Assembly: GCA_965224245.1 (NCBI GenBank)
Contig: OZ245046.1
Span: forward strand, 2,752,001-2,816,000
DNA length: 64,000 bases
Direction: 5' to 3'
From: Candidatus Eiseniibacteriota bacterium
GTDB taxonomy: Bacteria > Eisenbacteria > RBG-16-71-46 > CAZAMP01
Notes under the pieces: generated by a model
What the model saw: the letters and a program-made list of their open reading frames with translations, nothing else
Databases searched by the model: none
What the model was told of the DNA's origin: nothing
Program-made: the position numbers and the translations under genes
Shown: in pieces, positions 1-13,545 of the stretch
Numbering within the stretch: the first letter of the stretch is position 1
Layout: each line of letters starts with the position of its first letter

Positions 1-1008
1 GTCACCGTCGTCGTCCATGTCGGGCAGCACGATCACACTGTGACCGAAGCCGTCGTTGCTGGTGGCGCCCAGGAGTGCGAAGTCGAAGTCGTTCGGTCCG
101 TCGATCACGTCGGACGGTCCCCACGAGGCGGCGCCCAGGAAGCCGTACACGGTGCCGTTGTTGAACCGGCCCGCGGTGTCCTGCCCCGGCGCACCCACGA
201 GGAGGTCGTCGATGAAGTCGCCGTTGATGTCACCCATCGCGATGCTCTGTCCGAAGCCCGACGCCACCTGCGTGCCGCGGATGTGCACGTCGGCGTCGGC
301 GGGATCGAGGGTGAGGCCGCTGGTCAATGACGCGCTTCCGAAGAACACGAAGACCTCACCGGACGAGACCACGGGCGTCTGACCGAGAGGCGCACCGACG
401 ACGATGTCCTCGATGCCGTCGTCGTTGAAGTCGCCCGAGATGTCCACGGCCCAGCCGAGGTGATCCTCGACGTCCTGCCCGTCGATCGTCAGATCGGCAT
501 CGGACACCATGTCGGTGCCGGAGCGCGTCTCGTCCCCGAAGAAGATCCGAACCTGGCCCGCGTCGAACAACCCGCCGCCGTCCACCGACCAGCCGCCGAT
601 GGCCAGGTCGGGTATGCCGTCGTCGTTGACGTCGCCGCGCCCCGAGAGCCCGAACGCCATCGACCCTTCGGTCTCCGAGCCGTACACCTGGTAGTCCGCC
701 AGGTTCATCGGGAAGACGCCCGTGGTCACGTTCGCGTCGAAGACGAACGCGGTGCCCGCTTCCTGGGACCCGAGGGGATCGGCCAGGTAGGCCCCAATGA
801 CGAGCGCGGATCGTCCCGCGCCGAAAAAGCCGTCCACCGCGGCCAGCGACGACCCGGCGCTGGCGCCGTCCTCGCCGCTCTCGTACCGACTGTCGGCGCC
901 GACGACGTCCACGACGTCGGCGCGGGCGGCGCCGACGGTGAGCATCAGCGCCACTGCGAGAACCGACCGTCCGGCGCCGCCCCCGGCGACGTTGGACACC
1001 ATCGGCAT
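1..1008 (-). CDS. Secreted FG-GAP (integrin-alpha-like) repeat protein, 3' end outside window
   Basis: Manual translation (absent from the ORF track): MPMVSNV..SVLAVALMLTVGAARA signal-like start, then repeats GDVNDDGIPDLAIGG, GDFNDDGIEDIVVGAP, GDINGDFIDDLLVGAP, each followed by G.V..F.G; open to the window edge. Confidence 0.85.
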   Translation of the reverse strand, partial: MPMVSNVAGGGAGRSVLAVALMLTVGAARADVVDVVGADSRYESGEDGASAGSSLAAVDGFFGAGRSALVIGAYLADPLGSQEAGTAFVFDANVTTGVFPMNLADYQVYGSETEGSMAFGLSGRGDVNDDGIPDLAIGGWSVDGGGLFDAGQVRIFFGDETRSGTDMVSDADLTIDGQDVEDHLGWAVDISGDFNDDGIEDIVVGAPLGQTPVVSSGEVFVFFGSASLTSGLTLDPADADVHIRGTQVASGFGQSIAMGDINGDFIDDLLVGAPGQDTAGRFNNGTVYGFLGAASWGPSDVIDGPNDFDFALLGATSNDGFGHSVIVLPDMDDDGD

Positions 1009-1131
1009 CTTTGCTAGAATCACCGGGCCTCCACGGGATGTGACGCACGACGTAAGCTGCGTTGCACTGCGACGAATCATACACCACGTGCGCGGGACGC
1101 GACACGTGGGAAGCCGACCACGGAGCATCCG

Positions 1132-2859
1132 ATGCGTTTCAGAGCAGCCTGGCTCGTTTCGACCATCTCGTTTTTTGGTGCCATCGCACCCGCATCCGCG
1201 TTCGATCCCGAGTACGCCACGCATCCCCTCGGAATCGTGGATCTCCGGGAGTTCGACGGCGTGGCCGAGCTCGGAGGGCACTGGATGCGCGTTCCGCTCG
1301 ACTGGCGCTACATCGAGCCGGTCGACGACGAGTTCAACTGGAACAGCGCGCTCACGACGTGGCTGGACGAGATGGACGCGCGCAGCATCAACGCGTCGTG
1401 CGTGGTCGCCATCGGGCAGATGTGGGCCAGCGGATACCCCGACGGCAAGGGCGAGTGGCCGTCGTCACCGCCGGTCGATCTCCAAACCACGTTCGACCCC
1501 GTGTTCGGCTACAGCGAGACATACTACGACTTCATCTTCAACGTCTGCACGTTCTACCGCGATCGAATCGATCGCCTGACGATCGAGAACGAGGTCAACA
1601 CCCAGGAGTTCTGGGTGGGAACCATGGACGAGTACCGTCGCGTGCTCGCCACCGCGGCCAAGGCGGTCGAGGACGCCGCGCCGGAGATCCTCGTGTTCGA
1701 CAGCGGTCTCGGTAGCGGCTCGTGGGGCGCGGCGGCGGCGGAGTGGATGCACCGGAGCGGCGACTACACCGAGGACGAGGTCCTCGCGTTCGTGAACGAG
1801 TACTACGAGTACGACGTCTTCGCGCCGTTCCAGTTCAACGACTACCAGGAGCTCATCTTCTGGCTGCAGCAGCCGTTCGTGCAGCACAACAACAAGCACG
1901 TCAGGTACATCCTGGCCACCGTGCCTCCGTACATCGACGGCATGAACTTCAAGTTCACCGAGAGCCACTGGCTCCTGCCGCCCCTCGTCGACTGGATGGA
2001 CGCGCAGCTCGCCGACTTCGGGTACAGCGTGCCATTGAAGATCAACAACGAGGGATCGAACTGGCCGCGCGCCACGGAGTTCGACGAGGGTCGCAACCTG
2101 TTCAAGCTGGTCGTCATGTCGCTGTCCAAGGGCGTCGAGCAGACGCTGTGGTTTCCGTACTCCAACGAGACGACATCCACGCCGCGACGCGGCCTCTACG
2201 ACGAGACGGGCGCCCGGACCAAGCAGGCCGACGCGTTCGAGAACCTCTGCCTGCGACTGGGCACCGAGTATCGGTTCACCGCACACGACTCGCTCGACGC
2301 CAACGTGCTGCGCTACCGGTTCGCGCGGGAGTCCGATACCGAGCCCACGATGGACGTCATGTGGTGGGACGACGGCGGGCATGGTCCGGGAACCCAGACG
2401 GTCACGTACGCGCTGCCTGAAGGCACCGAGTCCATCACGCGGTTCGATTACGACGGCGCGTGGACGACGATCGACGTGACCGGAGACTCCTTGACCACGC
2501 AGGTCAGCCACATCGGACGCATCTACGTGTACGAGCAGGCCGGGGCCAGCACGCCCGACGTGCCCGGCATCACCCGCGCCAGCGTCGGACAGAACCAGCC
2601 CAACCCGTTCAATCCCCGCACGACGATCGAGATTCGCGTGCAATCTCCCGTGCGGTCGGCGAGCCTGATCATCGCCGATGCGCGCGGTCGCGAGGTGCGC
2701 TCGATCCCGCTGGCCGATCCGCTCGGCGCGGGCGCGCACACCGTGGCGTGGGACGGCCGCGACGGCGCCGGCCATGCGCTGCCGAGCGGAACGTACTTCT
2801 ATAGGCTGCAGCACGTGGACGGAACATCCTCCCCCAAGCGGGCGGTCATGATCCGCTAG
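1132..2859 (+). CDS. Secreted clan GH-A glycoside hydrolase (GH5/GH39-like) with FlgD-Ig-type C-terminal domain
   Basis: Signal peptide; W..IEP..DEFNW, TIENEVN (acid/base), INNEG (nucleophile candidate); C-terminal QNQPNPFNPRTTI..WDGRDGAG..LPSGTYFYRL. Confidence 0.7.
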   Translation: MRFRAAWLVSTISFFGAIAPASAFDPEYATHPLGIVDLREFDGVAELGGHWMRVPLDWRYIEPVDDEFNWNSALTTWLDEMDARSINASCVVAIGQMWASGYPDGKGEWPSSPPVDLQTTFDPVFGYSETYYDFIFNVCTFYRDRIDRLTIENEVNTQEFWVGTMDEYRRVLATAAKAVEDAAPEILVFDSGLGSGSWGAAAAEWMHRSGDYTEDEVLAFVNEYYEYDVFAPFQFNDYQELIFWLQQPFVQHNNKHVRYILATVPPYIDGMNFKFTESHWLLPPLVDWMDAQLADFGYSVPLKINNEGSNWPRATEFDEGRNLFKLVVMSLSKGVEQTLWFPYSNETTSTPRRGLYDETGARTKQADAFENLCLRLGTEYRFTAHDSLDANVLRYRFARESDTEPTMDVMWWDDGGHGPGTQTVTYALPEGTESITRFDYDGAWTTIDVTGDSLTTQVSHIGRIYVYEQAGASTPDVPGITRASVGQNQPNPFNPRTTIEIRVQSPVRSASLIIADARGREVRSIPLADPLGAGAHTVAWDGRDGAGHALPSGTYFYRLQHVDGTSSPKRAVMIR

Positions 2860-2971
2860 CGCGGCTCACGGACCCGCCGCGGGCACGGAATCGCTTTTCC
2901 AGCCGAACCGATGCGCGCTAGACTGTGATCAGCTCGACCCCGGGCGACGTCGAAACGCGAGGTCATCGACG

Positions 2972-3751
2972 ATGTTCGGCACGTGGGATCGTCCCCGAGA
3001 CCGGCGGCGGGCCCTCCTCCCCTCCGAGGGCCCCGGGCTCCGTGCGCGGCTCGCGATCATCGGCAGTCTCTGGCTCGCGTGCATGCCGGCCGCAGATGCG
3101 GCCGCGGACGCAAATGCGCACGCGGACGAGCTCCCGCACTACACCCTCGACATCGACTTCGCGTGGGCCGATTACGGCGGATGCGGCGACGGCTCGGTGG
3201 TCGCGGACGCCGCCTGCGGGGACCTCGTGGAGAACGCACCCGCCGACCCCACCGGACCTCGCATCGCCAGCATCGTGCTCGGTGGCGTCCGTGATCGGCA
3301 GGCCGACGGGGCCTACGGTCTCGGGGCCATCCAGTTCGGCCTGCGCTACGACGTCTCGCTGGGCTCGGCGGCCTGGACGCTCTGCACGGGCGGGGCCGAG
3401 GCCCCCGATCTCGACTGGCCCCACAGCGGCACCGGCAATCGCGTGGTCATGACCGGCGGGTGTCTCGACGGCACCGAGCACGGCCTCGTGCGACTGGGGT
3501 TCCTCACGCTCGGACAGGACGCATCCGGCGTCCTCAACGTCGTGGGCGATCCGCGCGACGGCGATCGCGCATGGGTCTGGGACTGCAGCGCGATGCCGGC
3601 CGACATCTGCAAGAACCTGCTCGGATGGGGCGACGTCACCGCCGGTGGCACGTCCGGAAACTCCGTCTGCGGCGAGCGCTGTGAGCTGGTCGGCGTACCT
3701 CCGGAGGTCACGACCTCCTGGGGAACGATCAAGTCCCTCTACCGGAAGTGA
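2972..3751 (+). CDS. Hypothetical secreted Cys-rich protein with C-terminal TTSWGTIKSLYR motif
   Basis: Hydrophobic signal-like segment, 8 Cys in the mature part, GC3-biased codons; start uncertain. Confidence 0.7.
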   Translation: MFGTWDRPRDRRRALLPSEGPGLRARLAIIGSLWLACMPAADAAADANAHADELPHYTLDIDFAWADYGGCGDGSVVADAACGDLVENAPADPTGPRIASIVLGGVRDRQADGAYGLGAIQFGLRYDVSLGSAAWTLCTGGAEAPDLDWPHSGTGNRVVMTGGCLDGTEHGLVRLGFLTLGQDASGVLNVVGDPRDGDRAWVWDCSAMPADICKNLLGWGDVTAGGTSGNSVCGERCELVGVPPEVTTSWGTIKSLYRK

Positions 3752-3884
3752 GCGCGCCCCGATGGCGGCCGGGCTCTCTCGGTCCCCGTTCCCCGAAAAA
3801 GGGCTTTCCCTGGCCCATCGCCCCCGCTAGGCTGTCCCGCGCAGTTTCGCGTGACGTTCGTCCACCCCGTGCCCTCGCGCACGC

Positions 3885-5882
3885 GTGAAGGATCCGACCA
3901 TCCGGTTCATCAAGACCTCACTGAAGAAGCTCCTCGGCCGCGAGGACACCTCTCCGGACGACTCCCCCCGGTCCGCTCCCCCGCGTGCGGCGAGGCCCGC
4001 GCGTGACCGGCGTTCGTCGGGCGGACGCGCGGAGGACACACGATCCGACGCCCGGACCGCCGACCCGACCGGCGACTCCGGCGGCGCGACGCGCAAGCGA
4101 CGCCGCCGGCGGCGCCGGCGCGGTGCGCGGACCGGCGACGCGGAAGCCGCGACCGAGGCCGGCGGGCGCCCGGACGGCCCCGCTCGCGCCGAGCAGCGCG
4201 AGGACGACGCCGACCCCCGTCCCCACGAGACGGCGCGCGAAGGCCGCGACTCCGCCGAGCGCCCCGCGGCCGGCGCGCGTGCCGGCGACCCCGCGGAGCC
4301 GAGCGCCTCCGGCGATCCCGGCCCGGAATCGTCCCGGGAGGGCCCCGACGGCCGCCGCGAGCCCGACGCCGCGCGTGAGACTCCCCAGGGCGCCCCCGAG
4401 CCGGTCCCCCTCGAGGACATCACGATGAGCGACCTCGATCCACGGGTCCGGGCCGCGGCGCAGTCGATGGGCTGGAGTGAGCTCATGCCGGTTCAGTCAC
4501 GTGCCATTCCGTACCTCCGGAACCGGCGCGACGTGATGGTGCAGTCCCGCACCGGCAGCGGAAAGACCGGCGCGTTCATCATCCCGATGCTCGAAGAGAT
4601 CGATACGTCGGTGAAGGCCTGCCAGGCGCTCGTCCTCGTACCCACGCGGGAGCTCGCACGGCAGGTCGGCGAAGAGGCCGAGAAGCTGGGGAGCGGGCTC
4701 GACGTCACGACCCTCGCCGTCTACGGCGGCGTCGCGTACGGCCCGCAGCTGGCCATGCTCGAGCGCGGCGCGCACATCGTCGTCGGAACCCCGGGTCGGA
4801 TACTCGATCACCTGATGCGCGGCCGCCTGGAACTGGCGCAGCTGCGCGTGTTCGTCATGGACGAGGCCGATCGTATGCTGTCGATGGGGTTCTACCCCGA
4901 CATGGTGGCCATTCGACGCTACCTGCCTGTGCGGCGATCCTCCCACATGTTCTCGGCCACGTACCCGGGGCGCGTGAAGAACCTCGCGCATCAGTTCCTG
5001 AGCGACCCCGAGTTCGTGAGCCTCAGCCACGGGCACGAGCACGTGGCCGAGACCGAGCACGTCTACTACGAAGTGCCGAAGATGGAGAAGCACAAGATCC
5101 TCGTCGACCTGATCGAGATCGAGGATCCCGAATCCGCCATCATCTTCACGAACACCCGCGATGCGGTGAACTTCGTCAGCGTCGTGCTGCAGCGCTGCGG
5201 CATCGACGCCGACCAGCTGAGCGCGAACCTCACACAGTCGGCGCGCGAGAACGTGCTGTCACGCGTCTACAACAAGGAGCTGCGCGTCCTGGTGGCCACG
5301 GACGTCGCCGCGCGCGGCATCGACATCTCGAACCTGTCTCACGTCTTTCTCTACGACTTCCCCGAGGACCCCGAGTCGTACATCCATCGCACGGGCCGAA
5401 CCGGACGCGCCGGAGCCAGCGGCACGGCGATCTCGCTGGTGGACGTGCTGGAGCTGATGCGACTGAAGGAGGTCGAGCGCCAGTTCAACGTCACGATCAC
5501 TCGACGCGAGCTGCCGCGACCCGAGGACGTCGAGCGCGCCGTCGGCACGCGTGCCACGCGGGCGCTGGCCGCAGAGCTGCGCGAGACCGACAAGCTGGGG
5601 CGCGACCGACTTCCTCGCATGATCCCGATCGCGCGCCGGCTTCTCGAGGACGACGAAGACGCCCTTCTGCTCGCGATGCTCCTGGATCGCCACTACCAGG
5701 GCGTGGTCAACCCGTCGGCATCCAAGGATCGTGCATCGGGTGCCGGATCCGGATCCGCATCGAGCGATCGATCGCGCGAGGACCGGCGTTCGTCCCGCGG
5801 CTCCGGCTCGGCGAGGTCCGCCGGCGCACGCCGATCCGGACGCTCGGGTGGCTCATCTCGATCGGGCCGCCGCCGCGGCTGA
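3885..5882 (+). CDS. DEAD-box RNA helicase (DeaD/CshA-like)
   Basis: SRTGSGKT, PTRELA, TPGR, DEAD, SAT, TDVAARGID and HRTGRTGRAG motifs. Confidence 0.95.
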   Translation: MKDPTIRFIKTSLKKLLGREDTSPDDSPRSAPPRAARPARDRRSSGGRAEDTRSDARTADPTGDSGGATRKRRRRRRRRGARTGDAEAATEAGGRPDGPARAEQREDDADPRPHETAREGRDSAERPAAGARAGDPAEPSASGDPGPESSREGPDGRREPDAARETPQGAPEPVPLEDITMSDLDPRVRAAAQSMGWSELMPVQSRAIPYLRNRRDVMVQSRTGSGKTGAFIIPMLEEIDTSVKACQALVLVPTRELARQVGEEAEKLGSGLDVTTLAVYGGVAYGPQLAMLERGAHIVVGTPGRILDHLMRGRLELAQLRVFVMDEADRMLSMGFYPDMVAIRRYLPVRRSSHMFSATYPGRVKNLAHQFLSDPEFVSLSHGHEHVAETEHVYYEVPKMEKHKILVDLIEIEDPESAIIFTNTRDAVNFVSVVLQRCGIDADQLSANLTQSARENVLSRVYNKELRVLVATDVAARGIDISNLSHVFLYDFPEDPESYIHRTGRTGRAGASGTAISLVDVLELMRLKEVERQFNVTITRRELPRPEDVERAVGTRATRALAAELRETDKLGRDRLPRMIPIARRLLEDDEDALLLAMLLDRHYQGVVNPSASKDRASGAGSGSASSDRSREDRRSSRGSGSARSAGARRSGRSGGSSRSGRRRG

Positions 5883-6104
5883 CATCCGCCCTTCGCATCT
5901 CGGCACCCGCACCGACCGGCTCCAATGACGCGCTGAAGCGCGCTTCTCGCGCGACGATCGCATGCCGCGCTCACGGCCCGGCCGGCGCTCTCCGTTAACT
6001 ACCAATGACGATGGTCGATCCCTTCTCGCCTCGTCATCGACCTCGTCGGCTATCGAATGCGATCCGGCCGGGATCGTTCCTGCGATCGTGAAGGGAGACA
6101 AGCC

Positions 6105-6449
6105 ATGCGAAGCGTACCCATCTGGCTGCTCGTGATCTCTTTCCTCGCGCTGGCCGGCGCCGTTCTCGCGTGTCCCGCAGTGGTGCGCTCCACGACGACC
6201 ATCGCCAGCTGGACCGTGGACGAGTTCCAGGACCCGTCGGCGGGCACGCCGGTGGAGGTGGAGCTCGAGTTCGTGAGCCTCGAGGCCGGGACCATGATTC
6301 AGTTCTACGACGGCTCGACCTGGACGTCGGTGACCGGCAACGGCACGACGTCCGGCACGGCGGTTCGGTTTCAGTCCGGGAGCGTCACCGTCGTGTACCG
6401 GGACGGTGCCGGATGCGAGGAGGAGATCACGTACGCGTCGGCCGGCTGA
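6105..6449 (+). CDS. Small hypothetical secreted protein (114 aa)
   Basis: GGGAG RBS before ATG 6105; signal peptide MRSVPIWLLVISFLALAGAVLA; Thr/Ser-rich beta-like body. Confidence 0.7.
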   Translation: MRSVPIWLLVISFLALAGAVLACPAVVRSTTTIASWTVDEFQDPSAGTPVEVELEFVSLEAGTMIQFYDGSTWTSVTGNGTTSGTAVRFQSGSVTVVYRDGAGCEEEITYASAG

Positions 6450-6473
6450 CCGGCCCGATGTGATCGGGGCGTC

Positions 6474-8009
6474 CTAGCGGACGCCCTCCCAGATCCGGTG
6501 CTGAAAGGCCAGCACGTAGCTCGATCCCTTCCGGCGCCCCTCCTGTGCGATCGCCCCCAGATCCCGCAGGCCGCGGAGGCGGTACTTCGCCGACTCCTGG
6601 GGAATGGCGAACTCGCGCTGGAAGTGCTCGCTCCGGAAGCGCCGCCCTGCCCAGCTCAAAAGGAACCGCGACAGCCGCCGACTCGCCGGCCACCGCGCGC
6701 TCGAGATGGGCAAAAGCATCGTCTCGAGCCGGGTCTCGAGGTGCGGCACCACGGTGGCGTCCATCGTCTCACGCGCGCGATCGCGCACCTCCACCGACGG
6801 CACGAGGGGCATGTCGCTGGGCGCCGCGCGAAGGGACACCCCCCGATCGGCGAGCCGGAGCAGCGTACCGGTGAACCGGGCGAGCGTGGCGCGATCGTGC
6901 TCGACCGACGTGTCCTCGAGCAGCGGTCGGCAGCGCCGTACCGCGACCGATGCCACCGAGGCGGGCAATGCGCCGTCGTCCGCCAGCTCCACCAATCGGA
7001 GCCAGCACCGGAGCTCGTCGGCCCGAAAGCCCCGAGTCGCGCAGTAGTCGGCGGTCTCCGAGAGCAGAGCGGCGGCGCCTTCCACATCCCCCTCGCACGC
7101 CCGACAGAGCACGAGGTTTCGGAGCACGACCGGAACCTCGTTCAGTCGTCCGGCCTCGGTGTGGCAGCGGGCGGCCCTGGCATACGCGGTCTCGGCGCTC
7201 GCATAGTCTCCGCGACGCCGGTGGAGCGCACCGCGGGTGTTGGCGACACGCCCCAGGATCTGGAGGTCCAGCGCGTCGAACGCCTGCGTGTCGACGGCGT
7301 CGAAGAGCGCCAGCGCGTCGTCGTATCGACCGGCCTGGAAGTGGAAGATCGCGACGTCGGCCTCGGCGGTGAGTCGTCCGACCTCGTCACCCTGCTCGCG
7401 GAAGTGGTCGGCGGCCGCCCGGCCGATCTCGATCGCAGAATCCAGATCGCCTCGGTCGGCGCGGAGGGTGGCCTCACGCAGCTCGAGCGCAGCGGCGAAC
7501 TCGCGTATCCGGAGCCGTGACGCCAGCGCGAGCGCACGGAGCCCGCGATCGTGCGCGCCGAGCGCCATGAAGATCTCGGCCTCGGCGAAGTACGTGAGCG
7601 CCCGGCGGCGGCGCTCACCGGGCACGATGCGACGCGCGCGCTCGAGATGCTCCCGGGCCGCATCACGTTCCTGGCGTGGCATGTGCACGTGTAGGGCCAG
7701 ATCGTAGAGCGCGCCGGACCGCTCACCGTCGTCCGCCGCGCGATCGAGCGCCTCGCGGAGGAGGGTCTCCGCGCCGTCGATGTCGCCCAGGGTGGCCATC
7801 ACGCGCCCCGTGCCGGAGAGCAGACGCGCCGAGGCACCGCCGGACTGTCGCTCCTCGTCGAGCGCCTCGTTCGCGTAGGCGAGCAGCGGTCCGCTGTCGA
7901 ACGACGGCGGGACGTCGGATGACGGCCCCCCGTCCGGGAGCCGCTTCAACAGGACGGCACGGAGCTGACGACGAGCGGCGTTCGCATCGCGCGGGCGGAG
8001 CAGGTTCAT
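6474..8009 (-). CDS. Tetratricopeptide-repeat protein with putative C-terminal winged HTH
   Basis: TPR-like repeats (LGDIDGAETLLREAL; AGRYDDALALF; RGDYASAETAYARA); C-terminal FQREFAIPQESAKYRLRGLRDLGAIAQEGRRKGSSYVL. Confidence 0.7.
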   Translation of the reverse strand: MNLLRPRDANAARRQLRAVLLKRLPDGGPSSDVPPSFDSGPLLAYANEALDEERQSGGASARLLSGTGRVMATLGDIDGAETLLREALDRAADDGERSGALYDLALHVHMPRQERDAAREHLERARRIVPGERRRRALTYFAEAEIFMALGAHDRGLRALALASRLRIREFAAALELREATLRADRGDLDSAIEIGRAAADHFREQGDEVGRLTAEADVAIFHFQAGRYDDALALFDAVDTQAFDALDLQILGRVANTRGALHRRRGDYASAETAYARAARCHTEAGRLNEVPVVLRNLVLCRACEGDVEGAAALLSETADYCATRGFRADELRCWLRLVELADDGALPASVASVAVRRCRPLLEDTSVEHDRATLARFTGTLLRLADRGVSLRAAPSDMPLVPSVEVRDRARETMDATVVPHLETRLETMLLPISSARWPASRRLSRFLLSWAGRRFRSEHFQREFAIPQESAKYRLRGLRDLGAIAQEGRRKGSSYVLAFQHRIWEGVR

Positions 8010-8157
8010 GGCAGTCGTAGCCCCCGGTCTGGTGAGCTGGCTCGGCGTGAGACCGAGCGAACGAGCAGGAACAGTCGTATACGGTATTTGGAGCTTACTA
8101 GAATCCACGACCCATATCCAAGACCTAAACGGGGCTTCCAGGCCGGGATTGGGGTTT

Positions 8158-11390
<3,233 letters not shown>

Positions 11391-11394
<4 letters not shown>

Positions 11395-12875
11395 CCCACC
11401 ACTCCGTGCTCGTACCAGCGCCCGCGTTCCCGATCCTCGAACACCCAGAGCCAGCATCCCTTCGCGGTCCGGACGTAGTGGTAGGCCCGCTCGACGCGCC
11501 GGATCCACCATCCGCCCGAGATCACGTGTGGGCCGAGGACCTCTTCCACCGGGCCGCACTCGATGCCGGCGACCCGCCATCCGTCGGACTCGTGACGGGT
11601 GCGAAACGGAAGCACGCGCGGGCGGTCGTGGAGTCGGCGCACCAGACATCCGCGCGCGCTCGCGGGAGCCGCTCCCACGAGCTGCCCCAGCGGCGTCCAG
11701 TCGAAGACGGCCTCGGGCAGGTGGCCGTCACGGGTGACGGCCACCGTGATCGCGTCGTCGCCGAGCTGGGCCCGTACGCGCGCGAGCGCCCGATTGGCCG
11801 CATCGAGATCCCGGGGCGGGCTCTCCACGTAGAGCGGGAGCTGGCGCGCCACCTGTGCGACGCCGCGCACGGTGATCGCCACGTCGACGACCCCGACCTC
11901 GAGCGTGAGCCCCTCGAGTCGCAGCCGCACGAGGTGCACGACCTGACGGAGATCCAGCGTGGGCTCGGCGGGACGGAGCGCCTCGTGGACGTCGGTGCCG
12001 TCGTCCAGGCGCAACGTCATCGCGAGCGACTCGAGCACGTGTCCGCGATGATCGAGCTGCGTGAGGAGCTTCTCGAGAAGTCGCTCGACGACGAGAATCA
12101 GGCGCTCGCGGTCGCACTCCGGTGAGGAGAGACTCCACGTCTCACGTGTGGGGATCTCGATGGGATCGGCGCGGACCGGCGACCAGATCTCGTCGTTCGC
12201 CAGCTGCTGGAGCCGGTACGCGTGGACGCCGAAGCGGCGCCGGATGCCGTTCGGAGGCAGTGACAGGAAGCGTCCGAGTGTCGTCACGCCGAGCCTCAGC
12301 AGATGATCGCGGAGCTCGGGGTCCAGGCTCAGCCGCACGATCGGGACGCGCTGAACGTGCATCGCCTCGGCATCGCGGCTCTCGAACACGATGGGATCGG
12401 CCGGCCGCGTCTTCACCGAGGCGTACGTTCCGAAGCGCGTGAACCCGACGGCCACCGACACCTGAAACCCGGCGCCGAGGATGCTCCGTCGGATCTCGTC
12501 TCCCCAGCGTCGCCAGGACGTGAACAGCTGCTCGAGCCCCCGACCACCGAGCCAGAACACGCCCGGCTCGTGCCCGAACGCCTCGACCTCGGGGGTGAGT
12601 GCCGAGAGCCGCACCCGGAGCGCCCGTATTGCGGAGGCGATCTCGTCGTCCGGCACGACTCCGGCCCGCAGCTGCCGGGTGAGCGAGAGCCCGGTCGCGT
12701 AGCGCATGCCGGGCAGGATGCGGGATCGGCGGGCCGCCTCGTTCAGCCACAGCACCTTTCCTTGCGGCTTGTCCTGATCGACGACGACGACCGGATGCTC
12801 GACCCAGTCCGGATGTCGGGCGACCAGCAGCTGAAGCGGAAAGGCGGGCAGCTCAACACAGGCCATCCGGTCCAT
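11391..12875 (-). CDS. imuB: ImuB, inactive Y-family polymerase homologue
   Basis: ACVELPAFPLQ start, GMRYATGLSL, TPEVE, LGVTTLG; C-terminal GPHVISGGWW..R.YHYV..WLWVF..W..HG; lies between the imuA-like gene and dnaE2. Confidence 0.9.
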
Positions 12876-13524
12876 CGCAGCTCTCCGAATGACGCCACCG
12901 GGGTCCGCGGCGCTTGTCCTTGAGCGCCGTCAGCGTCCACGTGAACCGGCCGTGCGATTCGCGCCGAAACACGCCGGCCGTTCGAACGCCGATGATCGAC
13001 CCCAGCGAGGCGCCGTCGCGGCGAGACTCCGTCAGACACAGAACGACGGCGTGATGTCGGGTGGCCAGCCCACCGAGTCGCGTCATCAGTGCGGTCGGCG
13101 CCATGGCGTCGGGGGGAAAATCCAGAATCACCAGACCGAACGCGCCCGAGCGGAGGATCTCGTCGGAGGCTCGCAGGAGCCCCCGCACGTCCGGCGCTCT
13201 GACCACCGGCAACGCCGCGAGATCGATGCCCCAGCGCACCAGGTCGGGTGGATGAAACGCCGACGGACGGCAGGTGATCCAGGCGACCGGCTCGCCACGC
13301 TCCTGCGCCTCGCGCAAGAGACGCGCGCTCGCGGTCATGGCCGCGGTGGTGTACGTGGCCCGAAGCTCCACCAGCGTGCCCGCCAGATCGTCGAGGGACC
13401 ACTGCCCCTCGCCCGTCTCGACCGCGAACGCACGCGCCGAGCGCACACCCTGAATGCGGGACACGCGCGAGAGGCGGGACGCGGTGGACTCGGCCGCCGT
13501 GATGGATCGAGCGTCGACGTTCAT
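12853..13524 (-). CDS. imuA: ImuA / RecA-like protein with degenerate Walker A
   Basis: AQERGEPVAWI, FHPPDL..WGIDL..L.VV, LRSGAFGLVILD; first gene of the imuABC cassette. Confidence 0.85.
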   Translation of the reverse strand: MNVDARSITAAESTASRLSRVSRIQGVRSARAFAVETGEGQWSLDDLAGTLVELRATYTTAAMTASARLLREAQERGEPVAWITCRPSAFHPPDLVRWGIDLAALPVVRAPDVRGLLRASDEILRSGAFGLVILDFPPDAMAPTALMTRLGGLATRHHAVVLCLTESRRDGASLGSIIGVRTAGVFRRESHGRFTWTLTALKDKRRGPRWRHSESCDGPDGLC

Positions 13525-13545
13525 GGGGAGAGCGTACCGCGAAGG

